Assembly: GCA_963741205.1 (NCBI GenBank)
Contig: CAVUHW010000020.1
Span: forward strand, 32,001 to 96,000
DNA length: 64,000 nt
Source of the DNA: Nitrospirota bacterium
GTDB taxonomy: Bacteria; Nitrospirota; UBA9217
Direction: 5' to 3'
In this document: one piece after another, positions 1 through 11,136 of the stretch
Numbering within the stretch: position 1 is the stretch's first letter
Layout of the letters: every line of letters starts with the position of its first letter
Position numbers and translations under genes: made by a program
The notes under the pieces: generated by a model
The model's input: the letters and a program-made list of their open reading frames with translations, nothing else
Told to the model about the DNA's origin: nothing
Database searches by the model: none

Positions 1-1288
1 TCCCGCCCGATTCGATGAGCGCCGCGATGATGAGGCTTTTTTCAAATTGACCTTTGGCGTCCTTGAGGGGCATGATCGGTATCTTTTGAACATCCTGGCC
101 CATCTTTCTTTCCTCGAGGATGTACTTCGGAAGATCGTCCTTCCGGATAACGGGGCCTGCGGTAAAGGCAATGGCGTACTCGATGGAATTCTCGAGCTCG
201 CGTACGTTTCCGGGGAAATGGTATCCGACCAGGGCCTGCATTCCGTCCGTGTCGATTCCTGTGATATTCTTCTCTGGCGCCTTGGCCTTGTGCTTACCGA
301 TGAAGTGGTTTACGAGGAGCGGGATGTCGTCCTGCCTCCTCCTGAGCGGCGGAAGCTCGATGGGAATCACATTCAAACGATAGTAAAGGTCCTCCCGGAA
401 TTGCTTGTCGGCGATCGCTTTCTTCAAGTCCTTGTTCGTGGCCGCCACGACGCGCACATCGACCTTTCTGGTCTGATTGTCGCCGATGCGCGTGAACTCC
501 CCTTCCTGCAGCACGCGAAGAAGCTTCACCTGGAGCGGCGGCGAAAGCTCCCCGATCTCGTCGAGGAAGAGAGTGCCCTTGTCCGCTTCTTCCACGAGCC
601 CCTTCTTGTCCGCTACCGCGCTCGTATACGAGCCCTTCACATGGCCGAAAAGCTCGGACTCGATCAAGCCGTCGGGGATCGCTCCGCAGTTCACGGTCAC
701 GAACCTCCGGCGCGCCCGCACGCTGTTCGAGTGGATGGCGCGCGCCACGAGTTCCTTGCCCGTGCCGCTCTCGCCGGTCACGAGCACGTTCGACTCGCTC
801 GACGCCGCATGGCGCATGACACGGAAGGTCTCCCGGATCTCCGGGCTGTTGCCGATGATGCTCTGAAAGGAGTACCGCGTCTCGAGCTGCGACCGGAGTA
901 TGAGATTTTCCCGTTCGAGCCTCCGTTTGTCAAGCGCCCGCCTGATCGGGATCCTGACCTCGTCCGGGGTGAAAGGTTTGGGGATATAGTCGTAGATCCC
1001 TTTCTTGACCGCGTCCACGGCTGAGGAAATCGTGCCGAAGGCGGTGATGATGATGAAGATGCTGTCCGCCGCGGCGTCCTTGACGGCGTCGTACAGTTCC
1101 AGTCCGCTCATCTTCGGCATCTTGAGGTCCGAGATGATGAGGTCGTAGGCGTTCCTCTTGATATCCTCGGCTGCGGCCACGCTGTCCGTGAAGGCGACGA
1201 CGTCGATCCCTTCGAGCTCGAGGATCGCCTGGACGGCCTCGCACACGCTTGATTCGTCGTCAACCACAATCGCTTTGAACTTATCCAT
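1..1288 (-). CDS. Sigma54-dependent response regulator (NtrC/AtoC family), runs off window start
   Basis: Manual translation [19 protein letters not shown]...DLKMPKMSG...[15 protein letters not shown]...ESELFGHVKGSYTSA...FLDEIGE...[11 protein letters not shown]...[10 protein letters not shown]. Not in the ORF track because no stop falls in the window. Confidence 0.92.
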   Translation of the reverse strand, partial: MDKFKAIVVDDESSVCEAVQAILELEGIDVVAFTDSVAAAEDIKRNAYDLIISDLKMPKMSGLELYDAVKDAAADSIFIIITAFGTISSAVDAVKKGIYDYIPKPFTPDEVRIPIRRALDKRRLERENLILRSQLETRYSFQSIIGNSPEIRETFRVMRHAASSESNVLVTGESGTGKELVARAIHSNSVRARRRFVTVNCGAIPDGLIESELFGHVKGSYTSAVADKKGLVEEADKGTLFLDEIGELSPPLQVKLLRVLQEGEFTRIGDNQTRKVDVRVVAATNKDLKKAIADKQFREDLYYRLNVIPIELPPLRRRQDDIPLLVNHFIGKHKAKAPEKNITGIDTDGMQALVGYHFPGNVRELENSIEYAIAFTAGPVIRKDDLPKYILEERKMGQDVQKIPIMPLKDAKGQFEKSLIIAALIESGG

Positions 1289-2847
1289 GGATCGGCAACC
1301 TCACCGTAAAAGTCGTTCCGTGCCCCACGGCGCTTTCGACCTGGATATCACCGCCGTGTTTTTTAATGATACCATAGCTCACGGCCAGGCCGAGCCCCGT
1401 GCCCTTGAATGCGTCCTTGGTGGTAAAGAAGGGGTCGAAGATCTTGTGGATGTGTTCTTCCGGTATCCCCTGGCCGGTATCGGAAAAGACGATCTCGACC
1501 GCGTCTCCGTTCAGTCGCGTAGCGACCTCGATCCTGCCCGGCGGCGATATGGCGTGGATGGCGTTCAGGAGCATGTTCATGACCACCTGTCCGATCTGGG
1601 CGGGGTCCGCCTGAACGTCGGGAAGGTTGTCGCCGAGCATCAGCGAAAGCTCGATGCCCTTGAAGGCGTCCTGCGCTTCGAGCGAGTCCGGCGATCTCGG
1701 AGACCGGCTGATTGATATTGATCTTCTCCGGCTTGATGACGATCTCGCGTCCGAAGTTCAGGAGCTGGCGCACGATGTTCCGAGCCCGGTTCGTCTCGCG
1801 CGCCATGAGTTTCAGTTTCTCGTGGCGCGGGTCGCTGGGGGGGCACTGCTCCAGCATGAGATTCGAGAAGGTCAGAACCGAGGTCAGCGGATTGTTGATC
1901 TCGTGGGCGATCCCGGCAGCGAGTTTGCCCACGGATGCAAGCTTTTCCGCCTCCACGAGTTGGGCCTGTTTCTCTCTGCAGCATCTCGATCGAATGTTCC
2001 AGCGACTGAGCGCGTTTTTAAGCTTTTCCTCCATCAGGTTGAACGACGCCTCGAGGGAAGAGAGCTCGTCCTGTCCCTTCACCTCGATGTGTTCCGAGAA
2101 GTCGCCCTGGGCGATCTTCTTGGTGATATTTTCAAGCGTCCGGATCGGCGTTGCGATGCTGGTGGCGAGCTTGATGTTGATGATGAAGCCGAGGACCACG
2201 ACCAGCACCAGCGCAAGAACAAGCAGGTTGATCGACATCTTGATCATCGTGGCGATATCGGCCCGCTCTCTCTTCGAGAGGTTCTGGGTAAAGGACTGGA
2301 TCTCCCGGGCGGTGAGGCGCAATTTTTCTATGGCCTCTTTTTCCCCCTCATAGAGGTGATACATCCTGCCAAACAATTTTTCGTAATTTTTGATCTCGGG
2401 ACGGGCGAGGCGGGGCGGGCCGCCCGACAGCCTTCGTTCCACGGTCCTGCCCTGTTTCTGGACGAGTTTTTCCAGCTCTGCCTGGGAGGAGAAGTTTTCA
2501 TAAATGTTCTCGATCAGACGCTCGTACGTGACGATGGCCGACTTCATCATGGTATAGTTGTCGCTGCCGATCTCGCGGACGATCTCCGTCTGGATGGCGT
2601 CGATGTTTTTTTTCAGGGTGTCGAGGTATTTCTGCAGCTCCTCGTAACTTTCCCGGTCCTTGAACAGGAGAAAGTTTTTTTCGTAACGCCGCACTTCAAG
2701 GATGGTGTTGGTGATGTCATCCGTCGTCTCGACAAGGGTGAGCCGCGTGCTGATCGTGCGGAGTTCTTTGTAGGCGAAGAAACCGAGAATGACCGCGAGA
2801 AAAATGTAGAGGCCGAAACCCAGGAAAAGTTTGTCCCGTATTTTCAT
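1281..2847 (-). CDS. HAMP-domain sensor histidine kinase (frameshifted)
   Basis: Two TM helices, HAMP and H-box AHEINNPL in ORF 1363..2847; HATPase motifs [24 protein letters not shown] in ORF 1281..1640. Confidence 0.92.
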
Positions 2848-2892
2848 GATAATCGTGCGGTCCGGCGTGCCCTTCGTAGTGACAATATATGA

Positions 2893-2920
2893 GGGGCGGA
2901 CCGCGAGGTCCGCCCCTTTG
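2893..2920. repeat. GC-rich hairpin GGGGCGGACC-GCGA-GGTCCGCCCC (REP-like or terminator)
   Basis: Perfect 10-bp stem in an intergenic gap. Confidence 0.5.
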
Positions 2921-3010
2921 TCCGCGCATCTTTCACGCGCTTACCTTACCATATTTTCTCACGCCGTGCAAAGATAATAATTTCTTTCGGCGCGCCGTCC
3001 GCAGCACTCG

Positions 3011-3749
3011 CTACGCCTCCTTCTTTACCTTTGCCTTCTTCATGGTCAGGCCGAAACCCTCGAACAGGTAGAAAATGGCGTACCCCCACCACATCGTGTA
3101 AAATACGTAGAAGACGAGCAGGCCCGACAGCATGCCGGCGTGGTCGACCACCTTGTTGTGAATCGATCTGGTAGAAGTTGTAGGCCGGTTCGACCGCCTT
3201 CTTGACGACGGCGTTTACCATCTGCGATTCGTTGATCCTCTTTTCCTTGTCGAATTCCTTGTTGATGCGGGAGAGGCCGTTATGCCACTGCCGGAACATC
3301 TTCTTTTCATCGTCCGTGCCGTAGCGGGCCTTGATTCTTTCGCCGTCGTTCTTGAACATGGCGTCGGAGTCCTGGAGCGCCGAGGCGAGCACCTGCCCGA
3401 GATCTCCCTCGATCTTCATGCTGGCTCCGCTTATGGCCACCTTTGCTCCGGCCGTGGTGAAGACCTTCGCGATGTTCGAAGCGCGCTTTTCGGCATCTCC
3501 GGGCTTGTCCTCCGGTTTGTCCGTCTTAATGGTCACGGAAAACGGCTTGCCCATGAACTGTTCGTTGCTTTTGGCGACCTTCGGAATGAAGTAGGATGAA
3601 CCTTTCGCGAGCTTATTGAAACTATCGTCCGCGAATTCGAGGCCGTTTTTCCCCTGGAAGAGCGGAGAAAATATCGCGATCAGGACCCCGATGAACGTGA
3701 TGGCGAACAGCGCGCCGACATTGAATATTTTTACATTTTTGATCAGCAT
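3011..3749 (-). CDS. Membrane protein accompanying the TauE exporter (frameshift near 3150)
   Basis: N-terminal TM, periplasmic part, rebuilt C-terminal TM ...LLVFYVFYTMWWGYAIFYLFEGFGLTMKKAKVKKEA*; starts 1 nt after the TauE stop. Confidence 0.75.
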
Positions 3750-3750
3750 G

Positions 3751-5036
3751 TTATGCCTCCTCCTTTACCAGGACCGGCTGCGGTTTCTCATCCTCGCCCC
3801 TGAGTACGCCGATGTTCACGATGAATTTACTGATCACCCAGCCGGCGAAGACGACGACTACGATCCAGAATACGACGTTGCCGAAGGTCTCGATGCCTTT
3901 CACGATCGCGGGCGAAATATTTATGACCTCGAGCTCTACAAGCTTCTTTGGCAGGGTGGCCGCCCGGTTGATGAAGCCCGCCAGGATGGATACGGCATAG
4001 AAGCCGCGGATGTGGATGCCCTTCACGACCTTGGTCGTGAGCGCGCCGACCTGGATGCCGATGAGCGAACCGAGCAGCATGCCCATGGCAAGGGTGTAGA
4101 AGACGTACCCGTAGATGGCATACTGGCCGATGGCCGCGAGCCCCGCCGTAAAGATGATCTGGAGAATGTCGGTGCCGACCGTGGTCATGGAAGAAACGCC
4201 AAAAACATAGACGAACATGGGGAAGGTGACAAATCCGCCGCCCACGCCCATAATGGCCGCCATGACGCCGACGATAACGCCGCCCAGGGCCACGATCACG
4301 CCGGAGATCTTCCTCCCGCCCTGGCAGTAGTCCTCGTCAAAGCAGATCGCAGGCGGTATATTGATTTTCTGGACTTTTTTGGAAAGCTCATTCATGCCCG
4401 ACGAGCCGCCGTGAGCATCGCCGCTGTCCTTTGCCTTCCGGGACTTCAGGAAGTCGGCAAGGGCGTAGAAGCCGAGGAAGCCGAGGAGGATAGCATACAC
4501 CAGGCTGATAAACGCCTCGGAGAGGAGCGGGTCACTTGTCATATAGCGCCTTGTTCATGCGCCCCGCCGATGAATGTGCCGCCCGCCGAGCCCACGAGGA
4601 ACGCGACCGCGAGCTTGACCGACACATTGCCGAGCTTTTTATGGACCGATGTTCCCATGATCGCCTTGGCGAAGATATGGAAGAGGTCGGTGCCCACGGC
4701 GAGGATGCCCTTGACGCCTGCGGCCATCAGGGCCGGGGTGATGATGAACCCGCCTCCCGCGCCGATGCAGCCCGTGATCAGGCCGGCGCAGAGGCCGATC
4801 AGGATGGAAACGAGAAAGATGTTGGTCGAGTAGAAGGCCGGCGCGTAGGCGGTCTTGCTGCCGATCATATCGGTTGCCTCGGCCAGCATCACGAGCGCGA
4901 TCGGCAGAAGCGCGGCAAGCAGGATCAGCCACTTTTTCCTGTTCTTGATGATGCTCATCGAGACCTCATAATCCCACCTCGCGTGGGCCTCGGACGACAA
5001 CTTCAGAAATTCAAAAACCTTTCGCGCGACGTTCAT
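3751..5036 (-). CDS. TauE/SafE (DUF81) family sulfite/anion exporter (frameshift near 4540)
   Basis: Two repeats of G-x-GGGF (GCIGAGGGFIITPAL; MGVGGGFVTFP) and VGTD motifs; many TM helices. Confidence 0.9.
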
Positions 5037-5186
5037 AATATCCTCCTTCTAATCTGGATTCGGATTGTCTTTGTTGCCGCAGGTTACGCAGAGAATGCTT
5101 TTCAGGTGAGTTCAGGGAACGCCTGCTCATTCCGTATCGTGACGTCTGCGCCCTCTGCGGGGAAAACCGTTCCGCATGGTCTTGTC

Positions 5187-5945
5187 TTATCTAATGCGTT
5201 CGAATTCGGTCTGGATCTTATATTGCCTCCCGCTGCCGAGAATCTGTGTATAGGCGATGGGGCTTAAGTCGGAGCCGATCAACAGTCGGTGGAGCAGAAG
5301 CGCAGGCGCCCCTTCCCGGACCTTGAGCAGCAATGCGGCCTCGCCCCGCACCTCCGAAACTTCTATGGTCTGTACGACCTTGAATATTTTTCTTTCGCCC
5401 TTCTCCTGGATCAGATCGTAAAAGGATTTTTGACATAAGTCCTCGCCGTCGATGTCGGGAAAGACTGTCAGCTTCATGTAGGACTCTTCAAGATATGCCG
5501 GTTCTCCGTTCACGACGCCTTTACAGAGGATATAGTAGAGATCGTCGTCTTCGTCGTTGTTTCCGGACACATTGAGCACGGTCTTCATTTCTTCCGACGG
5601 TTGCTTCAACCCTTTTGAAATCACTTCCTTACTCGCCTTCACCCCCTCTCCGAACATGTCTTCCGTCAACCTTGTTTTCATCGCGATGCCGAGGTCGGGC
5701 ATTGAGGCGGTAACGAACGTGCCCTTGCCCTGCTGTTTTTTCAAATAGCCCTTTCGAACAAGGTCTGTGATGGCCATGCGCACAGTTGCCTTGCTCACAT
5801 CGTAGCTCTTGCACAGTTCATCTTCCGTCGGGATCTGGGACCCGTTCGGCCAATCCCGATTATCGATCTTCCCTTTGATGATCGAATATATCTGAACGTA
5901 AAGTTTTTGCTGACTGTCCCGGTCTACTGTTTGTTCGATCCACAT
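5187..5945 (-). CDS. GntR/HutC-family transcriptional regulator (UTRA domain)
   Basis: LYVQI...IPTEDELCKSYDVSKATVRMAI...QGKGTFV wHTH plus a UTRA-like C-terminus. Confidence 0.93.
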   Translation of the reverse strand: MWIEQTVDRDSQQKLYVQIYSIIKGKIDNRDWPNGSQIPTEDELCKSYDVSKATVRMAITDLVRKGYLKKQQGKGTFVTASMPDLGIAMKTRLTEDMFGEGVKASKEVISKGLKQPSEEMKTVLNVSGNNDEDDDLYYILCKGVVNGEPAYLEESYMKLTVFPDIDGEDLCQKSFYDLIQEKGERKIFKVVQTIEVSEVRGEAALLLKVREGAPALLLHRLLIGSDLSPIAYTQILGSGRQYKIQTEFERIR

Positions 5946-6000
5946 ATTTTTAGTTCGACCTGTCTTTATAATGTTTTTTTTTGTTCAAATTTTTTTCAGC

Positions 6001-6110
6001 CGTTATTGCGAGAGCCCCTGTGCGGTTCCGCGAGATGCACTCCGTAATGGGCAAATTCGCCTTTGGTCACGGCTGAAAAAACGAGATTACTTCGCTTCGC
6101 CCTCAATGGC
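6001..6110. repeat. Degenerate palindromic MITE/RPE-like element
   Basis: Ends CGTTATTGCGAG ... GAGATTACTTCGCTTCGCCCTCAATGGC resemble GTCATTGCGAG...GATTGCTTCGCT..CGCAATGAC; a similar half lies at 9947-9967. Confidence 0.5.
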
Positions 6111-6124
6111 ATTAATGGCTGACA

Positions 6125-6298
6125 TTATTTATGGGCATTTTCGAGGACGCTCTTTGCTAATCCCTTCAGCAGTTCTTCCTGGTCCTCCTGGGCATTCGGA
6201 TTCTCACCCGAAAGCTTGATAGCCTCATCGTATTCCCCTGCTTCCGCGAACGTTATGGCAACCATGAGATCTTCGAACTTTTTTATGAGCTTGTTCAT
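6125..6298 (-). CDS. 57-aa small protein with FAEAGE motif
   Basis: GGAGG RBS; MNKLIKKFEDLMVAITFAEAGEYDEAIKLSGENPNAQEDQEELLKGLAKSVLENAHK*; below the ORF-track cutoff. Confidence 0.8.
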   Translation of the reverse strand: MNKLIKKFEDLMVAITFAEAGEYDEAIKLSGENPNAQEDQEELLKGLAKSVLENAHK

Positions 6299-6330
6299 GA
6301 TATCCTCCGTTCGTACTTTACTTATTACAT

Positions 6331-6347
6331 TACAAGTTAGATGCCAA
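6331..6347 (-). promoter_or_regulatory. Putative sigma54 -24/-12 promoter
   Basis: Minus strand TTGGCATCTAACTTGTA (GG-N10-GT variant of GG-N10-GC); palindrome GTGCAA-N7-TTGCAC at 6397-6415 upstream is a candidate activator site. Confidence 0.55.
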
Positions 6348-6419
6348 TATACAAGGCATTGAATAATTGATAATTAAATACGATTAACTTAGTACGGTGC
6401 AATTTTTTATTGCACTTAA

Positions 6420-6446
6420 AAACAAAAAAACCACGCTCTAGCGTGG
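6420..6446 (-). terminator. Intrinsic terminator
   Basis: CCACGC-TAGA-GCGTGG followed by a T run on the minus strand, after the sigma54 activator gene. Confidence 0.65.
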
Positions 6447-6458
6447 CCATTGGTGCAA

Positions 6459-7785
6459 CTATATAATTGCATTAAATATAGTTATGTTGCTATTTTGTAT
6501 TGCTTTGATTTTTCTCTGCAGCTGCTGGCGGTAGATGCCGAGGGCAGATGCCGCGCGGGATATGTTGCCGCCGTGGTCGAGGAGAGCGTTGATTATGGTT
6601 TCCTTTTCGTATGCCGTGAGGACCTCTTTGAGGTGCGTGGTAGCTTGACGTGGTTTGACGGGCGAATCCAGAAGAGACGCAGGCAAGTCAACGGGAAGAA
6701 GCTCGGAAGAGTTCGCAAACGATATTGCCCGTTCGATGATGTTTTCCAGTTCCCTGTATGTTCCCGGGATAGGAATGGTTCAAAAGAATGTTTATGGCGT
6801 CGGTGGAGATCTCCTTGATCAGGATGTCCTTTCTCTTCGGCGCGTGCTCGCGGATAAAATGCTTTACCAGAAAAGGTACGTCCTCCATGCGCTCCCGAAG
6901 CGGCGGAAGATGAATGTTGATCACGTTCAGGCGGTAGTAGAGGTCTTCCCGGAACGTGCCGTGCTTGCAGGCGGCATTCAGATCCCGGTTCGTCGCGGTA
7001 ATGAAGCGCAGGTCGACCTTGAGCTGGCGCATGCCGCCGATCCGCATGATCTCGCCCTCCTGGAGCACGCGCAGGATCTTGGTCTGAAACAGCGGTGAGA
7101 CGTCGCCGATCTCATCGAAAAAAACGGTGCCGCCGTCGGACAGTTCGAGGAGGCCTTTTTTCATGTACTGCGCGCCGGTGAAAGCCCCCTTCTCGAAGCC
7201 GAAGAGCTCGGACTCGAGCAGGGTGTCGGGGATGGCGCTGCAATTGATGGTCATGAACGACTGTTCGCTCCGCGGGCTCCAGCGATGGATCGCCCGCGCG
7301 ATGAGCTCCTTGCCCGTGCCGCTCTCACCGGTGATGAGCACGTTGCTCTCGCTCATCGCGGCCTTCTTGATGAGACCGAAAATGTGCTGCATGGCGGGGC
7401 TCGTTCCGATGATCTCGTCGAAACCGTATTTCTGGTTGAGGATATTTTTCTTATGCCGTTCCAATGCTTCGCTGAGGGTTTCTCCGGTGAGCGGTTTTTC
7501 CAGGTAGTCGGCAGCCCCCAGCTTCAAGGCTTCCACGGCCTTTTTCAGGTCGGAACGGAAAAGGCTATGACCGGCATGCGGTGACGTATGTCGAGGAGCC
7601 GGTCCTGCCAGTTTGCCGAATCGAGGTCAAGAAAGGCGAGATCGTAGGAACTCTCTGCGGGTGCCTTCTGGTCGGTCACAGGGGTCTGCTGCTTCAGATC
7701 CAGCGATGTCAGGCGAAAATCCCGCTGTTTTGAACAGCGCGTAAAGCTCTTTTGCTTCATCGGATATGATGAGGATGTTAAGCAT
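6459..7785 (-). CDS. Sigma54-dependent Fis-family regulator with atypical receiver (frameshifted)
   Basis: [23 protein letters not shown] in 6688..7536; Fis HTH GNISRAASALGIYRQQLQRK in 6459..6686; start MLNILIISDE. Confidence 0.88.
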
Positions 7786-7804
7786 AAGTTCAAAACCCTT
7801 GTAC

Positions 7805-7922
7805 CGTCATTCCGCCTCCACCCGGCGTTTACGAGTGGCGACGTGAGTGCGGGGTGGGTTTACCCCGGAATCCAGCGGTATTTCCGGAAAGGACCCAGGT
7901 TCCTACTTCCGCAGATATGACG
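7805..7922. repeat. Degenerate GTCATTCC...GGAATCCAG...ATGAC palindromic element
   Basis: CGTCATTCCG start, GGAATCCAG core, ATGACG end. Confidence 0.45.
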
Positions 7923-7957
7923 AACCATGCGGCTTTACTGATGTCTACTTCATGGCA

Positions 7958-8856
7958 CTATGCGCGTACCTTCACTACCAGCACCGGGCAGGACGCGAGC
8001 ACAATCACCCGTTCCACAACGCTGCCCATGAGGAGCCTTTCCATGCCTGATCTGCCGTGGCTCCCGAGCACGATAAGATCTGCGTTTTTTTCCTGGGCGG
8101 TTTGGATGATTGCATCGGAGGGTTTGCCGCTCAGGACAAAGGCCTTCACCGCGACACCTTCATTTTGCGCGGCCTCCTTCACCACCCTGACATTTTTCTC
8201 GGCCTCATGCATCTCTTTTTCGGCGATAAGCTCCCGCTGACTAACGGTGAAATCGATGTCTACGGGCGTCATAAGCTCCGATGGAACCACGGCAAGCGCC
8301 GTCAGAGCGCTCCCGTTCCGCTTCGCGAGGCCGATGGCCTCGGACGCGGCGGCAATCGAGTATTTCGAACCGTCCGTCGCGACCACGATGTTCTTGAATT
8401 CCAATTGCGCGGTCTTCGGCACGACGAGCACATTGCAGGGCGCATGTCCGATCACCCGCGCGGTGACGCTCCCCATCATAAGCCGCTTCAAACCGGTCCG
8501 TCCCCTGCCTTCCCATGACGATCATGGTGATTTTATTCTTCACTGCTTCGTCAACGATATACTTATATGAATCCTCACCTTCACGAATGGCGGTATCGCA
8601 GTCGACGCCTTCTTTCTTTGCTCGGGCCTGCACTGCGTCAAGGTACTGCCAAGCTTCTTTTTCCTTGCTTTTCCACGATCTGAGGCGCGAGCGCGACAAG
8701 TTCCGGGTTGGTGTCGATTACGGACAGAACCGTCAACTTGCTTCCGCATTTTTTCGCGAGTTTGATCGCCTCGCGCACGGCCCCTTCGCTGTATTCAGAG
8801 CCGTCTGTAGAGAGGAGTATTTTTTCAATTCCTACCGTAGGACAGATTTCCGCCAT
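7958..8856 (-). CDS. Tandem universal stress protein (frameshifted)
   Basis: Two USP domains: KILLSTDGSEYS...GSVTARVIGHAPCNVLVV and IVVATDGSKYS...GSHGRSG...GSVVERVIVLASCPVLVV. Confidence 0.92.
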
Positions 8857-9020
8857 GCAATTACCCTCCTGTGTTTAATCAGCCCTTGAAAAAGGCCGTC
8901 GTATAGGAATTATCCTTGTTCGGTATGTCAAGAAGCGCGGCAACGGGCATCCGCGCAAAATACAATAAAATTAAAGCATTATCATGGGTAATTATGTTGC
9001 ACCTTGCAATATCTTTACTC

Positions 9021-9049
9021 ATGATAGTATCTCTCAGGCTATCTGTCAA
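9021..9049 (-). promoter_or_regulatory. Sigma70 promoter for the USP gene
   Basis: TTGACA-N17-TATCAT on the minus strand. Confidence 0.6.
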
Positions 9050-9140
9050 CAAATTATCTTGAAGCTTCAGCGGTATAGGCGCCTGTGAAAATATCCGGGT
9101 TGCTTCCATCTATTGCCCGAATGAGGCTACCACGATTCTC

Positions 9141-9545
9141 TCATGATAGACCATGGTCGTTAAAGTACTTGCTATATGCTTTGTCAATCACCTTAATGTG
9201 GTGCGCCAGCCAATCCTTCAAAAGCGTAGTGATCTCAAAAGAGACGACAAGCTTCCCTTGGTTAATTCTGTTCCTGACATCAAGCACTTTCTCGGTGAAC
9301 TGCCTATGCATTTCTTTGTGGTTTGCGGTGTCAGGATAAGCAAATTTATCGAAGTACTTTTCCTCGGTCGTAAAATGGTAATTCGTGTATTCCACGAGCG
9401 AATCGAGAAGCGTCCTTAACGCCTTTCCAGAGTCTTTGCCGACATGATCATAGAAGTCGTTTATCATTCCCATCAACTTCTGGTGCTGCAAGTCTATCTC
9501 TCGAACATTTACACTGAAGCTGTCATCCCACGACATGAACGCCAT
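9141..9545 (-). CDS. Bacteriohemerythrin
   Basis: W...IDLQH, YHFTTEE, HKEMH, WLAHHIKVID iron-ligand pattern. Confidence 0.95.
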   Translation of the reverse strand: MAFMSWDDSFSVNVREIDLQHQKLMGMINDFYDHVGKDSGKALRTLLDSLVEYTNYHFTTEEKYFDKFAYPDTANHKEMHRQFTEKVLDVRNRINQGKLVVSFEITTLLKDWLAHHIKVIDKAYSKYFNDHGLS

Positions 9546-10059
9546 ATTGCACCTCCTGTATATGCCACGTATTTAAAACCCTTCATTTTTCGTACCGGAC
9601 GTTCGGAATAAAATGTCGAACCATGTTCCCGGCGGTGTTTCAATCGAGCGCAAACGAGCCTGTCTTTGAGACTCCCGCCGCGCCGGTAGACGCTGACAAC
9701 AATCCCCGTGCTTGTGGTGTTTGATCTTACAAGTTTTTGTCTGCTTCACAATATTATAATATATCGAGCATAGAGACGGACCTTATCATGATTTTTTTTA
9801 GGGTCACTTAATTTGAAAAAAGATCTTGACGATGAAATTTTATTTATCATATACTTACCAAATTCTAAAACCGTTCTCAACCAGCACCAGATCGCCGGTT
9901 CCCCGCAGAGAAGATGTTTATGAAGAGAAATAGAAGGAAGATCGCCACACCTTCGCCCCTCAATGACGGGCTTGGTGCGGTGCTCGCAAAGAGGGCTAAA
10001 AAACAGCTTCAGCAACCTGTTAGATAACTACCTTTGCTGATGAGAAGAGAGGCGACGAA

Positions 10060-10903
10060 GTGCCCTATTACGAATTCACTATAACGATTGCGGACCGGTT
10101 CAAGGATCGCTTGATCAAAAAGCTCATGGACTCGGGCTGCCTGGGTGTGATCGATCAGGATGATTCTTTCATCGCCTATTTTCCGGAGACCGTAGACATC
10201 AAGACGATTGAAAGTGAACTCTCTCTCATTAAGGCCCTCCTCGGGACTTCAAGCGCGGGTCCCGAGCTATCGTTTACCAGCAGGCTGATCCCGGATCAGG
10301 ACTGGAATGAGTCGTGGAAAAAAGGGTTTCATGCAATCGACGTAGGAGAGCGCTTCACGATCCGTCCCCCTTGGGAGGATGAAAGAAAAGACCGCATCAA
10401 CCTGGTGATCGATCCGGCCATGGCATTCGGCACCGGGCATCATGAAACAACGAGGTCCTGTCTGGTACTCATGGAAAAGTATGCCGGAAACAGCGGAACG
10501 AAAAGCTTTCTCGACGTCGGGCACCGGTACAGGGATCCTCGCCATTGCGGCATTAAAGCTCGGATTTAGACGGGTGGTCGCCGTTGACACGGACATCCTG
10601 GCGGTTGATGCTGCGCGGACGAACAGCCGGCTGAACAATGCGTCGGATATGGAAATCCGGGAAGGAAGCGTCGCGGACCTGAACGAAGCCTTTGATGTTA
10701 TCGCGGCAAATCTCATATCCGGCGTTCTCGTTCTTTTAGCCCCTGCAATTGCGTCGCACCTTAAGAAATCGGGCGTGGCCATTCTCTCCGGCATCCTGAC
10801 CGGCCAGGACGATGAGGTCGCCGAATCCATGTTGCGGGAGGGGCTTTCTCTTCTTGAGCGGTACCCTGACGGGAAATGGACGTCGCTTGTCGTAGGAAAA
10901 TAA
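10060..10903 (+). CDS. prmA: Ribosomal protein L11 methyltransferase (frameshift near 10520)
   Basis: DWNESWK, IDPAMAFGTGHHETT, LDVG.GTGILAI, IAANL, ILSGIL. Confidence 0.92.
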
Positions 10904-11045
10904 ACAGCCTTGTGCGTGGTTCATTCGTATCCTCTCTCCGCACTGCTTCTTCACCTGTATGATCCCCCTTCTCAGGTCGGTCTGTACGCACGTGATTTCG
11001 CTGTAAAGATAGAAGTGTAACCCCCTCCATTGGCACAACATTTCC

Positions 11046-11063
11046 TTATGATGTGAATCATGG
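11046..11063 (+). promoter_or_regulatory. Crp/Fnr (HcpR/Dnr-like) site 1
   Basis: TTATGA-TGTGAA-TCATGG; TGaTAAAAT -10 hexamer starts 38 nt after the motif start. Confidence 0.7.
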
Positions 11064-11136
11064 TATCCCTGACCGCATCCTGATAAAATTCTGCCATACT
11101 TGCCAGGCGTCGTTAATCTCTTCCGAGGAGGAAACC

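Noticed and set aside
47-2892. Long plus-strand ORFs 47..1024 and 1627..2892 (also 3616..4833, 12220..13659 minus, 62847..63863)
   Set aside because: Antisense shadows of clear genes in GC-rich DNA.
9600-9745. Possible riboswitch upstream of hemerythrin
   Set aside because: No recognisable aptamer consensus by eye; needs an Infernal search.
11030-11045. TTGGCACAACATTTCC as a sigma54 promoter
   Set aside because: Lacks the -12 GC; the adjacent Crp/Fnr site and -10 explain the region better.
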